Assembly: GCA_049322675.1 (NCBI GenBank)
Contig: JBMORM010000009.1
Coordinates: forward strand, 16,934 to 80,933
DNA: 64,000 nt
Direction: 5' to 3'
DNA from: Patescibacteria group bacterium
Lineage (GTDB): Bacteria; Patescibacteriota; JAHJAL01
Shown here: positions 31,549 through 41,845 of the stretch, in pieces
How positions within the stretch are numbered: position 1 is the stretch's first letter
Layout: each line of letters starts with the position of its first letter
The notes under the pieces: generated by a model
Seen by the model: the letters and a program-made list of their open reading frames with translations, nothing else
What the model was told of the DNA's origin: nothing
The model's database searches: none
Program-made: the position numbers and the translations under genes

Positions 31549-32274
31549 TTAATTTAATAGACCAAAAGCATAAATAGCTATAACGGCCATAGAATTTTTA
31601 ATCACGTGAGTTAAATATGATGGCCACAATGATTTGCTCGCTATATATAAATAGCTGAGGATTATACCAAAGATAAACGTGAAGATAATAACATTGAGTT
31701 GAAAATGTAATAATGACCAGATTAGAGTACTAATTATTATTCCAAAATATATATTTACTTTATTGGTTAGACACGGTAGCAGAACACCGCGAAAAATAAT
31801 TTCTTCAACCAATGGGCCAATAATTACCGCATAAAATATCATGAGTACTTGAGCTGTTATGGTCATATTTTTTTGAAAAATCTCTTGTGATTCTGCCAGG
31901 TCTATACCTGGAAGAAAAACGATAATAAAAGGAGCGATGGCAATCCAGCTAGCAAAAGTCGCTAAAAAACCTAGTGCCACATACCCGATTATTTTAGCTA
32001 TAGATATTTGCTTAAAACCAAAATCCGATAGAGATAGCTTGTATTTTTTAACGATAAAAAAATAGACGACAGTAAATACGACTCCCGATGCAAATAATTG
32101 TATTAATACCGATAATGCATCACGAGACAGGTGTAAAACCGAAGATATGTCATTGATTTTGAAGATTATCTGCCAAGCATAAATAAAAATTACAATAATT
32201 ATGCTTATAAAAAAACTGCCCAATACTAATAGGGCATCTGTAAGTCGATATGCTTGTAAATGAGAATATTTCAT
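31549..32274 (-). CDS. CPBP (CAAX) family intramembrane metalloprotease
   Basis: EEIIFRG and LLHF motifs, multi-TM. Confidence 0.7.
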   Translation of the reverse strand: MKYSHLQAYRLTDALLVLGSFFISIIIVIFIYAWQIIFKINDISSVLHLSRDALSVLIQLFASGVVFTVVYFFIVKKYKLSLSDFGFKQISIAKIIGYVALGFLATFASWIAIAPFIIVFLPGIDLAESQEIFQKNMTITAQVLMIFYAVIIGPLVEEIIFRGVLLPCLTNKVNIYFGIIISTLIWSLLHFQLNVIIFTFIFGIILSYLYIASKSLWPSYLTHVIKNSMAVIAIYAFGLLN

Positions 32275-33347
32275 TAAAACAAATTTTTGATATCGGAAAT
32301 GGTTACTAAAAGAATAATACCAATAATAACAACAAAGCCAGCAGTATGGACAATATTTTCCAGGTTAGCAGATATTTTTTTCCCTCGAATTTTTTCTAAA
32401 ACAATAAAGAGCAGCCGACCACCATCGAGAGCCGGGATAGGTAGAATATTGATAAGAGCAAGGTTGATGCTAAGTAAAGAGGTAAGTTGAATTAGGTACA
32501 CAAGTCCCATTTCAGATGCAGTGGCAGCAATTTTATAAATCCCTACTGGCCCAGCAATAGCTACGGGTACTTGATGAACAGTGATTAGATCGCGAATGAT
32601 TTCATATAGAGCAACGATCATGGATTTCAATAATTTGAACATTTCCACAAATCCCATGGGTATTGCCAGATAAAATGGGTATTTTATTGTTTGTTCTTCA
32701 GTCAGGACAACACCGACTTGATAAGCTTGATTGGTTTCGGAAAAAATAGGATGACCGGATACGACAAAAAGATCTTGATTCCGTTTTATCTGGAGGTTAA
32801 TTGCCTGATCTTTGTAATTTTGAATTATGCTTTTGAATTGCTCTACTGAATTGACAGATTGTCCGTTGATATCCATAATCTTGTCACCGGGGATAATTTT
32901 CTCGGAGAAGTCAGATTCTTTGTTTATTTCATAGGCTACAATGTTTGTTGAGACTTGAGCATAAGGATATTCTTTTTGATAATCGCTATTGATCGTAGGT
33001 AACCCTATCATAAATGCTAAGCCCAAAAATAATCCGCCAAGAATCAGATTCATGGTGATACCGGCAACAATTATCGCTGCTTTAGCAAAATGGCTTTTAC
33101 TTACGAAAGAACGAGGATCGTCTTGATTAGTTCCATCTTCGCCCAAGAGTTTTACATATCCACCAAAAGGAATAAGATTGATCATGTATTTGGTTTCGCC
33201 TTTGGTTTTAGACCATATTGTGGGTGGAAAGCCGAAAGCAAACTCTTCAACTTTTACTTTGAATAATTTGGCCACAATAAAATGCCCAAATTCATGGACT
33301 AATACCAAAATACCTAAAATTATCAAAAAGATTAGAGGGGTTAACAT
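32274..33347 (-). CDS. rseP: RIP zinc metalloprotease RseP (site-2 protease) with a PDZ domain
   Basis: HEFGHF motif in TM1, PDZ, LDG motif. Confidence 0.85.
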   Translation of the reverse strand: MLTPLIFLIILGILVLVHEFGHFIVAKLFKVKVEEFAFGFPPTIWSKTKGETKYMINLIPFGGYVKLLGEDGTNQDDPRSFVSKSHFAKAAIIVAGITMNLILGGLFLGLAFMIGLPTINSDYQKEYPYAQVSTNIVAYEINKESDFSEKIIPGDKIMDINGQSVNSVEQFKSIIQNYKDQAINLQIKRNQDLFVVSGHPIFSETNQAYQVGVVLTEEQTIKYPFYLAIPMGFVEMFKLLKSMIVALYEIIRDLITVHQVPVAIAGPVGIYKIAATASEMGLVYLIQLTSLLSINLALINILPIPALDGGRLLFIVLEKIRGKKISANLENIVHTAGFVVIIGIILLVTISDIKNLF

Positions 33348-33355
33348 TTGTGGAT

Positions 33356-33910
33356 TTAGATAGTGAGTAATTCGGTTTCTTTTTTGTCGGCCAAATCGTC
33401 GATATTTTTGTTGGCCTCGTCAATAAACACTTGTAACAATTTTTTTCCTCGTTCAAACTCATCTTCGGATATTTCTTTTTCAACTTTATCCCATTCCGAT
33501 AGTAAATCTTGACGAAGATTGCGGATGGAAATGCGCATTTCTTCAGCTTTGTCTTTGACAATTTTTACAAATTCCTTTCGGCGTTCTTCAGTTAGAGGTG
33601 GTAACTTAATAAAGATTCTTTCGCCGTCATTGGATGGACTTAAATTTAAGTCAGAATTGCCAATTGCTCTTTCGATTTCGCCGAGCGAGTTTTTGTCCCA
33701 GGGTTGAATGAAGATTGTTTGAGCATCAGGAATGGTGATATTGGCCATCTGAGAGATAGGAGTGTGTGCGCCGTAATAAGGAACCCGAATATTTTCGACC
33801 AAACCGGCTGAAGCTCTTCCTGTGCGTATAGAGGCGAGTTCGGTTTTAAAAAATTCAATTGTTTCATTGATCTTTGGTCGATATGATTTTATCAGATCGT
33901 CTGTAGTCAT
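33356..33910 (-). CDS. frr: Ribosome recycling factor
   Basis: RRF family sequence; SD AGGAG upstream. Confidence 0.9.
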   Translation of the reverse strand: MTTDDLIKSYRPKINETIEFFKTELASIRTGRASAGLVENIRVPYYGAHTPISQMANITIPDAQTIFIQPWDKNSLGEIERAIGNSDLNLSPSNDGERIFIKLPPLTEERRKEFVKIVKDKAEEMRISIRNLRQDLLSEWDKVEKEISEDEFERGKKLLQVFIDEANKNIDDLADKKETELLTI

Positions 33911-33984
33911 AATATCTCCTAATTTTTTTATTTATTATTTAGTTAATTGTATTAAAAATCAGAAGAAATAACAAATAATTTATT

Positions 33985-34020
33985 TATAAAAATATAGGGC
34001 AGAATATTATTCTGTCCTAT
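33985..34020 (-). terminator. Intrinsic terminator after tsf (12-bp stem with one G-U, then TTTTT)
   Basis: atagggcagaat/attctgtcctat inverted repeat. Confidence 0.45.
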
Positions 34021-34049
34021 ATTTATCTGTCGCAAGAATTGACTTTTAA

Positions 34050-34661
34050 TTAATTGCATATTGTAGCGCCGGACGAGATTTCAAAACGGGCAAAGCGGGC
34101 GATTTTTATATTCTCCCCAATTACTGAAATATTGTTATTGATCAATTGTTCTATTGTTTGATCAGGGTCTTTAACAAATGGTTGTTGGGTAAGACATATT
34201 TCGGAAAAATATTTGTTGATTTTTCCTTCGACGATTTTTTCGATAATATTGGCCGGCTTTCCCTCATTGACTAATTGTTCTGAATATATTTCTTTTTCTT
34301 TGGCGATGAGTTCGGCTGGCACTTGATCGGGAGAGATGTACAGTGGATTGCATGCGGCAATGTGTAAAGCAATATTGTGAACTAAATCTTTAAATTTTTC
34401 ATTTTTGGCAACGAAATCGGTCTCACAGTGAACTTCCAATAATACACCCACGCGACCTTCGCCGTGAATATATGTTTCGATACGGCCTTGACTAGTAGCT
34501 CTTTCGGCTTTTTTTGCAGCTTTGGCGGCACCTTTTTTTCGCAACAATTCTGTCGCCAGATTGATATCACCGTTTGTCTCTTCTAAAGCTTTTTTGCATT
34601 CCATCAGACCACATCCAGTCTGATTACGCAATTCATTGACTAAAGTAGCTTGAATAGCCAT
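34050..34661 (-). CDS. tsf: Elongation factor Ts (short form)
   Basis: UBA-like N-terminus LVNELRNQTGCGLMECKKAL; SD GGAGG upstream. Confidence 0.9.
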   Translation of the reverse strand: MAIQATLVNELRNQTGCGLMECKKALEETNGDINLATELLRKKGAAKAAKKAERATSQGRIETYIHGEGRVGVLLEVHCETDFVAKNEKFKDLVHNIALHIAACNPLYISPDQVPAELIAKEKEIYSEQLVNEGKPANIIEKIVEGKINKYFSEICLTQQPFVKDPDQTIEQLINNNISVIGENIKIARFARFEISSGATICN

Positions 34662-34673
34662 ATATCCTCCATT

Positions 34674-35390
34674 TTAATTAGATTTTGGCGCGCCAATATT
34701 GGCGGCAATTGTTTTAATAAGCAGATCTAGTGACTTGTAAGAATCATCATTGGCCGGAATTGGATAATCGATGAGATCAGGATCGGCATTGGTGTCCATG
34801 ATAGCAATAACGGGAATTTTTTTTCTGACTGCTTCGGCAACAGCTGTCTTTTCATTGTGAGAATCGATAACAAAAACCGCATCAGGCAATCTATTTAAAT
34901 TTTGGACGCCTTCGTAAATGTTTAATAGATTTTTTTGTTCTTCTTTGAAAGCTTGTATTTCTTTTTTTGTATATTTCGCCAAAAAATCATTGTTGGCCAA
35001 ATCTTTAGTAAGACTGTTTAATCGATTTATATTATGAGAAACAACTTTGTAATTGGTTAATAAACCACCAATCCATCTGTTGCTGATGTATGGCATATTT
35101 ACGCTCTGAGCATATGATTTGACAATTTGCCAGGCTTGTTTTTTGGTGCCAACGAATAATATTTTACCGTTACGTTTACTGATTTCGGAAACAACTTGGC
35201 AGGCCTTTAACATGAGTTGGTGAGTTCTCATGAGGTCAATAATATGAATCCCGTTTTTTTTCTGGAAGATGTATAGTTTCATTTTGGGGTTCCAGCGGGT
35301 GGCCTGGTGTCCAAAATGTACGCCTGCTTCCAGCAATTCTTTGACTGTGGGCAAACTAACCATAGTCTTTTTTTCCGTTGCATTTTCCAT
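34674..35390 (-). CDS. rpsB: 30S ribosomal protein S2
   Basis: LLEAGVHFGHQ motif. Confidence 0.9.
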   Translation of the reverse strand: MENATEKKTMVSLPTVKELLEAGVHFGHQATRWNPKMKLYIFQKKNGIHIIDLMRTHQLMLKACQVVSEISKRNGKILFVGTKKQAWQIVKSYAQSVNMPYISNRWIGGLLTNYKVVSHNINRLNSLTKDLANNDFLAKYTKKEIQAFKEEQKNLLNIYEGVQNLNRLPDAVFVIDSHNEKTAVAEAVRKKIPVIAIMDTNADPDLIDYPIPANDDSYKSLDLLIKTIAANIGAPKSN

Positions 35391-35524
35391 TTTTTATCCT
35401 TTTTTACTTCTACTTCCAAATCTACCTGCTCAAAGAGCAAGAAGGATATGTCGGAAGTATGTTTAATAAAATACGTATTTTAATTCTAACAGATTGTTTA
35501 ACTTATGCCAAGGAGACAAGTCAC

Positions 35525-36091
35525 CTACTCACTTTTTTCGTAAAGCAAGATTTTGGTTTTGTCTCCCAAATTGATCGTTTCTCTAAATTCGACCGGTTGA
35601 TGTTGGGAAAAAAGAAAGGACATGGAAATAATTTTTGTTGTTTTTTTTATATTAGAAAAAAGCCAATTTTCAATTTTTTTCAATACATTGGGCAAAAGAT
35701 ATACATAAACAAAATCAGCTTTTGATAGATATTTTTCCACTTTTTTGAAATCTCCATATAGTATTTTTATATTCTCTTTTTCTCCACTCAGATACACTTT
35801 TAGTAGAGAATAAAAATAAAAATATGGCGATCTTTCAACGCCAATTCCTTTGGTACCATATTTTTTGGCAGCCAAAATCAAGCTGCTGGCATCTCCGCAG
35901 CCTAAATCAATAATAAGATTGCCCGGCTTAAGACCAGCATACGAGAATGCATCATCCAGAGCCCTTTTATTGGTGTAAACTACTGGGGCTCCAAATAAAA
36001 GAGCGAGCAATAAACTTAATTGCCAGAGTAGAACCCAGATCAAAATGATCATGAGAAAAAAAATTATTATCAGGGAAATAGTGTGATTCAT
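35525..36091 (-). CDS. Class I SAM-dependent methyltransferase with an N-terminal TM anchor
   Basis: IDLGCGDAS motif I. Confidence 0.7.
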   Translation of the reverse strand: MNHTISLIIIFFLMIILIWVLLWQLSLLLALLFGAPVVYTNKRALDDAFSYAGLKPGNLIIDLGCGDASSLILAAKKYGTKGIGVERSPYFYFYSLLKVYLSGEKENIKILYGDFKKVEKYLSKADFVYVYLLPNVLKKIENWLFSNIKKTTKIISMSFLFSQHQPVEFRETINLGDKTKILLYEKSE

Positions 36092-37108
36092 TTAATTTAT
36101 TTTATTAATCTGATCCAATAAGCGATATATTTCTTTGGGCCACAAATGTAAATATATATTTTTCGTTGAGCAAAAATTTTTTTCTCCGATAATTGGTTTG
36201 AATACGTGATCAAGGCGACCAGAAAGAAAGTTTCCCGACAAATGACATAATCTCATAATCCAGGAGAGATAGAATAATGTTTTAAATGTTTTGCCGGGGT
36301 TTTTCCGAGTTATTTCTTTTTCAAAATATCTGTTCCAGGTGGAGAGATAAGGATTTATAACAAATGAGGAAAAATCAAATGCGGGATTTGATATTTGGAC
36401 TTTTTCAAAATCAAACAGAACCAATTTATTTTTATTAGAAAATGCAAAAGTGTCAGATACCAGATCACCATGAATAATATTTTGAGAATTTTCATTCCAA
36501 ATTTTTTCATTTTTTATCAGTATTCTGGGAACAAAAATAGTCAATGGGGAAAATTCTCCGGTAAACGATTGGCTTAAAAATTGAAACCAATTGATTAAAT
36601 CCTGCATCTTTTGTCGGTAAAATTTTTTGGGATTTATTTTTTGTTGGTGCAATTCGGTCAAACCATCGATGACAATGGAAGCAAAACGAAGTGGTATTTT
36701 TTTTCTACTAAAAAAGGTATTGGCAGGCAAAGCAGATATTTCTTTTTGATTTATTTTTTTGGTTATTAGCCAAGGATTCGGTTTTTTTCCTGAATGGTAG
36801 TAGTTTGGAATTACCAATTTTTTAAATTTTTTTGTTTTGAATTCTTGATAAAAATTTATTTCGTTGGATAAATTGTATTGGCGACGCGACCTTATATCAT
36901 GCTTTTGGCGAGATTTGTCTCTTTGAAATTTTAGAAAAAATTTTTTATGGTGCTCATTTTTTGTTTGGCAAAAAAAGCGGAAGTTGTTTTCATTATTTAT
37001 TATCGTATTCTCTACAATTTCTGAGAGGTCTCCTATCGATTCAAGTTGGTATTTTTCCAATTTTTGGTTTATTTTTTGAATATATTTGTTTTTTTGATCT
37101 GTCGGCAT
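36092..37108 (-). CDS. Phosphotransferase (APH/ChoK/CotS kinase-like fold) protein
   Basis: IIHGDLVSDT catalytic loop and DFE metal-binding motif. Confidence 0.55.
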   Translation of the reverse strand: MPTDQKNKYIQKINQKLEKYQLESIGDLSEIVENTIINNENNFRFFCQTKNEHHKKFFLKFQRDKSRQKHDIRSRRQYNLSNEINFYQEFKTKKFKKLVIPNYYHSGKKPNPWLITKKINQKEISALPANTFFSRKKIPLRFASIVIDGLTELHQQKINPKKFYRQKMQDLINWFQFLSQSFTGEFSPLTIFVPRILIKNEKIWNENSQNIIHGDLVSDTFAFSNKNKLVLFDFEKVQISNPAFDFSSFVINPYLSTWNRYFEKEITRKNPGKTFKTLFYLSWIMRLCHLSGNFLSGRLDHVFKPIIGEKNFCSTKNIYLHLWPKEIYRLLDQINKIN

Positions 37109-37217
37109 ATTTTATTTAACTAGCTTTTTTATTTCTCCGATTTGTTTTCAAATAAACAACCTTGGATTGAGGCAATTCAAAATCAATAAATTGAGGTTGA
37201 GTTATTTGATAGAAAAA

Positions 37218-37290
37218 TGGACCCTACCGGATTCGAACCGGTGACCTCCTGCTTGCAAAGCAGGCGCTCTACCAACTAAGCTAAGGGCCC
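37218..37290 (-). tRNA. tRNA-Ala (anticodon UGC), G3:U70 present, CCA not encoded
   Basis: Cloverleaf folded by hand: acceptor GGGCCCT/AGGGTCC, anticodon stem CCTGC/GCAGG, loop TTTGCAA. Confidence 0.9.
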
Positions 37291-37311
37291 GGGAGCTGAA
37301 ACAAAATTTTC

Positions 37312-37403
37312 AATTTCCAAACATATTTTGTAATTGATATTGGAAATTATGAGAATGAATCATTGGAAATTTTTTGGAAATTGGAAATTGAGAATTGGAA
37401 ATT
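37312..37403. repeat. Cluster of five direct TTGGAAATT copies (37340, 37363, 37374, 37381, 37395) plus one inverted copy (37312-37320), upstream of tRNA-Ala
   Basis: Read directly; irregular spacing of 23/11/7/14 bp. Confidence 0.6.
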
Positions 37404-37456
37404 TAATAGATAATCAAATCCTTCCGCTGAGACTTTGTACAATGGGTTACATCTAA

Positions 37457-37720
37457 TTAGCCAAAAAATATCAACTGTGTCGGGGCGAGCCAACCAAACA
37501 TTTGATCCATAGCTTTGGTATGCAGACCGGTGATGTATAATAGGCCAATTATTACTGCTAGTCCTCCAAGAATTCGTAAAAAAGCATAAGACCCTGCTGG
37601 ACCCAGATATTTTTCTGCGAAACCAATTCTACCAACCCATTTGATAATCGGATCAGTTTTTAGAATAAGCAAGAAACCTACTCCTTCAAATAACAGAAAA
37701 ATTATTATTTTTTGCAACAT
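37457..37720 (-). CDS. Small two-TM membrane protein, hypothetical
   Basis: 87-aa ORF with two hydrophobic helices. Confidence 0.4.
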   Translation of the reverse strand: MLQKIIIFLLFEGVGFLLILKTDPIIKWVGRIGFAEKYLGPAGSYAFLRILGGLAVIIGLLYITGLHTKAMDQMFGWLAPTQLIFFG

Positions 37721-37828
37721 ACCCCTTTGATTAAAAATATTTGATTATAATTTAACAAATATTTAAAAGATTTAATAGAGACGCGACCAAAAATCGCGCC
37801 TCTACTATCTTTATGCGCTTGGGAAAAA

Positions 37829-38248
37829 TTATTGCAATTCTACTTTGGCTCCAGCTTCTTCTAAAGTTTTTTTCATTTTTTCTGCATCTTCTTTTGGCAC
37901 ATTTTCTTTGACAGTTTTTGGAGCGCCTTCTACCAATTCTTTAGCTTCTTTCAAGCCCAATTCCGGTACGACACTGCGAACAGCTTTGATGACGTTGATT
38001 TTGTTGGCACCGGCCTCCTTTAAAACGACAGTAAAGGCAGATTTTTCTTCTACTGGGGCAGCACCGGCGGCAGCACCGGCAGCCATCATGGCAACTGGAG
38101 CAGCGGCTGAAACTCCAAATTTTTCTTCTAATACTTTCACCAATTGACTCAATTCTAAAACTGACATTTTTTCAATTTGCTCAATCATCTTTTTTGTATC
38201 GTCAGACAAAGCTGACATGTCAATTTCTTTTTTTGCTTCATCGCTCAT
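37829..38248 (-). CDS. rplL: 50S ribosomal protein L7/L12
   Basis: Ala-rich hinge; C-terminal domain [12 protein letters not shown]; SD AGGAG. Confidence 0.9.
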   Translation of the reverse strand: MSDEAKKEIDMSALSDDTKKMIEQIEKMSVLELSQLVKVLEEKFGVSAAAPVAMMAAGAAAGAAPVEEKSAFTVVLKEAGANKINVIKAVRSVVPELGLKEAKELVEGAPKTVKENVPKEDAEKMKKTLEEAGAKVELQ

Positions 38249-38293
38249 AAAATACTCCTAAATATAAGATTTTTGATAAATTTTACAAATAAA

Positions 38294-38824
38294 CTATACG
38301 GCTGGTTTTTGGTCTTTAATGGCATTTAAAACATTGACTAGGCCTCGAATATTACCTGCCAAGACGTTGACAAAACCTGAGATTGGCGAATTGATGCTTC
38401 CTACCAGCTTGGCGTATAATTCTTCTTTGGAAGGCATGGTCGCTAGTTCGATTACTTGCGGTTTGGGGATAAACTGACCGTTGTAAATTCCACCGATTAT
38501 TTCAACTTTGTCTACATTGGCTGCAAAGTCATGAATTGTTTTAGGACCGTTTATTTCGTCATCAAAACTAAAAACCAAATTAACAGCTCCGTCCATGGAA
38601 AAATCAGGCGGTAAAACTAATTTGTTTTTCTCAAGAATCTTTCTGAGAATGGTTTTTTTAGGAACTGCATATTTGCAATTGTTTTTAACCATTTTTTTTC
38701 TTAGTTCAACCATTTGTTCGGCGTTGATGCCTTTATTGACTGTAATGACTACTGATTTGCTCCTAGAAAAATGATTATCAATTTTTTGTAATGACTCTTC
38801 TTTTTGTGCTCTAGTTTTTGGCAT
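38294..38824 (-). CDS. rplJ: 50S ribosomal protein L10
   Basis: L10 family sequence. Confidence 0.9.
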   Translation of the reverse strand: MPKTRAQKEESLQKIDNHFSRSKSVVITVNKGINAEQMVELRKKMVKNNCKYAVPKKTILRKILEKNKLVLPPDFSMDGAVNLVFSFDDEINGPKTIHDFAANVDKVEIIGGIYNGQFIPKPQVIELATMPSKEELYAKLVGSINSPISGFVNVLAGNIRGLVNVLNAIKDQKPAV

Positions 38825-38861
38825 ATATTTTTATCTTTTTAACGTAAATAAATATCGACCA

Positions 38862-38904
38862 ATAAAAAAACCTTGTTTCTCAAGACAATTGAACAAACAA
38901 GGTT
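38862..38904 (-). terminator. Intrinsic terminator (10-bp stem aaccttgttt/aaacaaggtt, 16-nt loop, T7 run) after the beta-propeller gene, upstream of rplJ
   Basis: Read directly. Confidence 0.5.
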
Positions 38905-39031
38905 ATTGTTTTATAACTATGGATTGTTCCTAGGTTGGCAATTTGAAGATATTTAAGAGCTTTCGCTCGCCAACTGTCTTGGGAAAAATGATTGTAATGT
39001 TATTTTACCAAATAGATTTGTTTTGTCAAAA

Positions 39032-41065
39032 TTACTTGATATCTAGTTTGCCCAATTCCTCCCAGGAATTTTCATCATAAACTTTAATTTTATCATCACC
39101 GATAATATACAAATTGTCGTTGATATATATTGCACGTCGAGCAGAAATGTCGCTGATAGCTTTACTTAGAACCAATTTATTGTTTTTATAGGAAAAAATA
39201 TAACCGCTGTTGGATCCCGGCAGGAAAAATAGTTGGTGTTTGTCATCCAACATAAAAGCATGGTAGTTATTGAGGATATCCGACCAATACTCTTTTAGAT
39301 TGTATTTGTCGATCTCGGTTGGATTTCTGGGATCACTAATATCAAACAAAGATACTTTGACGTTACTATCTTCTTTACCAATGCCCAAGATCAATTTGTC
39401 GGAAATTGGGTGGAGATAAGATGAATAACCGGGAATTTTTAACTCACCGGTTTTTTGGGGATTGGAAGGATTTGATAAATCTAAAACATAGAAAGGATCG
39501 GTTTCTTTAAATGTGACAACATAACCTTGATTGGAAAGAAAACGAACGGAGTAAATTCTCTCCCCTACTCCCAAATCCTTTATGCTGCCGGTGGTTTTTA
39601 AATTATTATCAAGGACATAAACGTCATTGACCGATTCCAAGTTTGATGATGAAAAAGGAAACGACCAAAAATTGCGCCCGATCGTAGTGGCAACCCGAAG
39701 ATGATCTTGATATTCATCCAGTGAAAATTGATTCAATAAAACACCGGGGACTTCTCCAATCGAATCAACTTTAAAGTCAGCTAAATTTATTTTATTGATC
39801 TGAGTTGTTGTCAGTGAGCGTTTGTTGGCTTCCAGGTATTGTTTGACTTGGTTCTCCAAATCATTTTCCAGTTTGGTTTTTTCGTCTTCAGTTAGGGTCA
39901 AAATGTAATTGCTGACGATCGAGTTGAGCTCAACTAGTTTGGCATTGTTGGATAATTCGTAGTCTTTGATTTTTTTCACTTTACTGTAAACATCCTGAGA
40001 AAATAGACTTTCGTCTTGAGAAAGAAAATCAAAGAACAAATTGGTGGGATCTGGGCTTTTTTGGTAAGTAATATATAAGTTATCTGGTGACATATAGACT
40101 ATCGATTGACCGGAGGAACCGACAAAAGACGTATTATTCATTAATTTTCCATCTTTGGGGGCGAATTTCATGATAGTATAAACTGCGTCCGAAGAAACAA
40201 TTTCTCCGGGGTGATATATTTCCTCGCAAGAAATTTTGAAATCCAAATCTGACCCGGACAAAAGAGGCATGGGGCAAACGGGAGTGGAATAAATATTGGT
40301 ACTGGCAATAATATATAGCTCGTCATTGTACGACCGAGATTGATATATTGTGCTATTGTCTTGCAATTCATATTCCCAGGACTTGGTTGGATTGACGGGA
40401 TCTTTAATGTCATAAGCGATGATTTTTGTGTTGTAGTTGAAAATAATCAGCGTATCCCCGATGAGTAACAAGTCGCCATTGGTGTCAATTTTTGATAATT
40501 CGGAAATTTTGTCAGCGGGCAGAGCGTTGATAACTCGAGTGCTTGGGGCTTGATAACCCGGGTAAGCCATATCGCTTGAGATTGCTTCTTCTCTGAAAAT
40601 CGGCACATCATAGTAATAAGATGAGGGGGAAAAGAATATTTCTTGGCCGTTGGTTTTTACAATATCTGGTTCATCAATATTAGCAACCTGAACATTGGTC
40701 GAAGAGTAACGATCGGGCGCGACAGAATCAGAAGATGCGCGAATTGGAGATGGCAAAGCATCACCCTCCATCATTTTACTGGAAGTTGGCATCATTTCCG
40801 CGCTTAACATGTTTCTGGATGAACCGAATGAATAATATGACGAGGAATTCAATTCTTGGCTTTGGGAAAAATAATTTTTGAATTCGGTATCGCTCTTAAA
40901 TTTGGCAAAAGTGGCAGGACCGGTTTGGGTTTGATAAGTTGATTCTCCGCCTGTTTTCCCGGACATATTTTGATAGTATCTCACCAAAAAAAATGCACCC
41001 AAACTACCCGCGATCAAGATAAATAGTAAAACGAAAACTAAGATTGTGATCAAGGTTTTTTTCAT
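39032..41065 (-). CDS. Secreted or membrane-anchored beta-propeller-like protein, hypothetical
   Basis: N-terminal TM/signal; Ser/Tyr-rich N region; repetitive beta-strand-like C-terminal 450 aa. Confidence 0.5.
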   Translation of the reverse strand: MKKTLITILVFVLLFILIAGSLGAFFLVRYYQNMSGKTGGESTYQTQTGPATFAKFKSDTEFKNYFSQSQELNSSSYYSFGSSRNMLSAEMMPTSSKMMEGDALPSPIRASSDSVAPDRYSSTNVQVANIDEPDIVKTNGQEIFFSPSSYYYDVPIFREEAISSDMAYPGYQAPSTRVINALPADKISELSKIDTNGDLLLIGDTLIIFNYNTKIIAYDIKDPVNPTKSWEYELQDNSTIYQSRSYNDELYIIASTNIYSTPVCPMPLLSGSDLDFKISCEEIYHPGEIVSSDAVYTIMKFAPKDGKLMNNTSFVGSSGQSIVYMSPDNLYITYQKSPDPTNLFFDFLSQDESLFSQDVYSKVKKIKDYELSNNAKLVELNSIVSNYILTLTEDEKTKLENDLENQVKQYLEANKRSLTTTQINKINLADFKVDSIGEVPGVLLNQFSLDEYQDHLRVATTIGRNFWSFPFSSSNLESVNDVYVLDNNLKTTGSIKDLGVGERIYSVRFLSNQGYVVTFKETDPFYVLDLSNPSNPQKTGELKIPGYSSYLHPISDKLILGIGKEDSNVKVSLFDISDPRNPTEIDKYNLKEYWSDILNNYHAFMLDDKHQLFFLPGSNSGYIFSYKNNKLVLSKAISDISARRAIYINDNLYIIGDDKIKVYDENSWEELGKLDIK

Positions 41066-41101
41066 AATGATATAAATTATATTTTTTTTATTATAACATT
41101 T

Positions 41102-41839
41102 TTACCATTGCGAAAGCCGACGTGAAATTTTTTCTGCCTCAGTTTCTTTTTCAAAATTACTAAATCGATTATTGGAATAAATTTTTGCCTTAGCTTGTAA
41201 AAAATTTTGGCATATTTTTTGATATGCTAACTTGCGTACAGAAGGAGAAAAAATTTTTTGGGCGTTTTCTGGCAGTAAAACGTGATATATTTCAGATTGA
41301 ATCATTTTTTGCCAGCAGGACTGACAACACCAATAGTGACCGAAGAGATATAATTTAATATTTGAATATTTATTGAGATGGTTTTGCGGTAAGTGATTGC
41401 AGGCATTTACTTCAGCATGACTATCTTGATAACAAATATCTTTGCATAATTTATATCCTGTTCCACTGGCACAGCTTCTTTCAAATCTGGGACAAGGAAT
41501 GACGCATTTTTTCCCTTCATTGGCTCCTTTGCTGATTATTCTTTCTGATCCGTTTTTATCAAACCCAGTAATAACCGCACCGGTGTTCCAATACGAACAA
41601 CCGGATTTTTCCTGAGATATTTTTTTAGCCAATTGAATATATTGATTATCGAGTTTTACGAATTCAATTTTAATTTTTTTATTTATCGATTCAACCTGAT
41701 TCCAATTGGTAAGAAAATTTTTAATATCTTCTGCATTTGGAAAATATGGTATTCCAAAATCTTGAAAATTATTACCGTTGGCAATCTTTTTTTCTCGATT
41801 TTCAATATCGCTTGAATTGTTGTTTAATTTTTTTTTCAA
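41102..41839 (-). CDS. dCMP deaminase (ComEB-like) with an N-terminal extension
   Basis: HAEVNA and C..C zinc motifs. Confidence 0.75.
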   Translation of the reverse strand: MKKKLNNNSSDIENREKKIANGNNFQDFGIPYFPNAEDIKNFLTNWNQVESINKKIKIEFVKLDNQYIQLAKKISQEKSGCSYWNTGAVITGFDKNGSERIISKGANEGKKCVIPCPRFERSCASGTGYKLCKDICYQDSHAEVNACNHLPQNHLNKYSNIKLYLFGHYWCCQSCWQKMIQSEIYHVLLPENAQKIFSPSVRKLAYQKICQNFLQAKAKIYSNNRFSNFEKETEAEKISRRLSQW

Positions 41840-41845
41840 GTTAAT

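Noticed and set aside
37312-37403. CRISPR array
   Set aside because: The repeats are only 9 bp, irregularly spaced and overlapping, with no 25-40 bp repeat/spacer periodicity anywhere in the window.
38825-39031. L10 (rplJ) leader autoregulatory RNA
   Set aside because: Only about 45 nt separate the upstream terminator from the rplJ start. That is too short for the conserved L10 leader fold, so it could not be supported.
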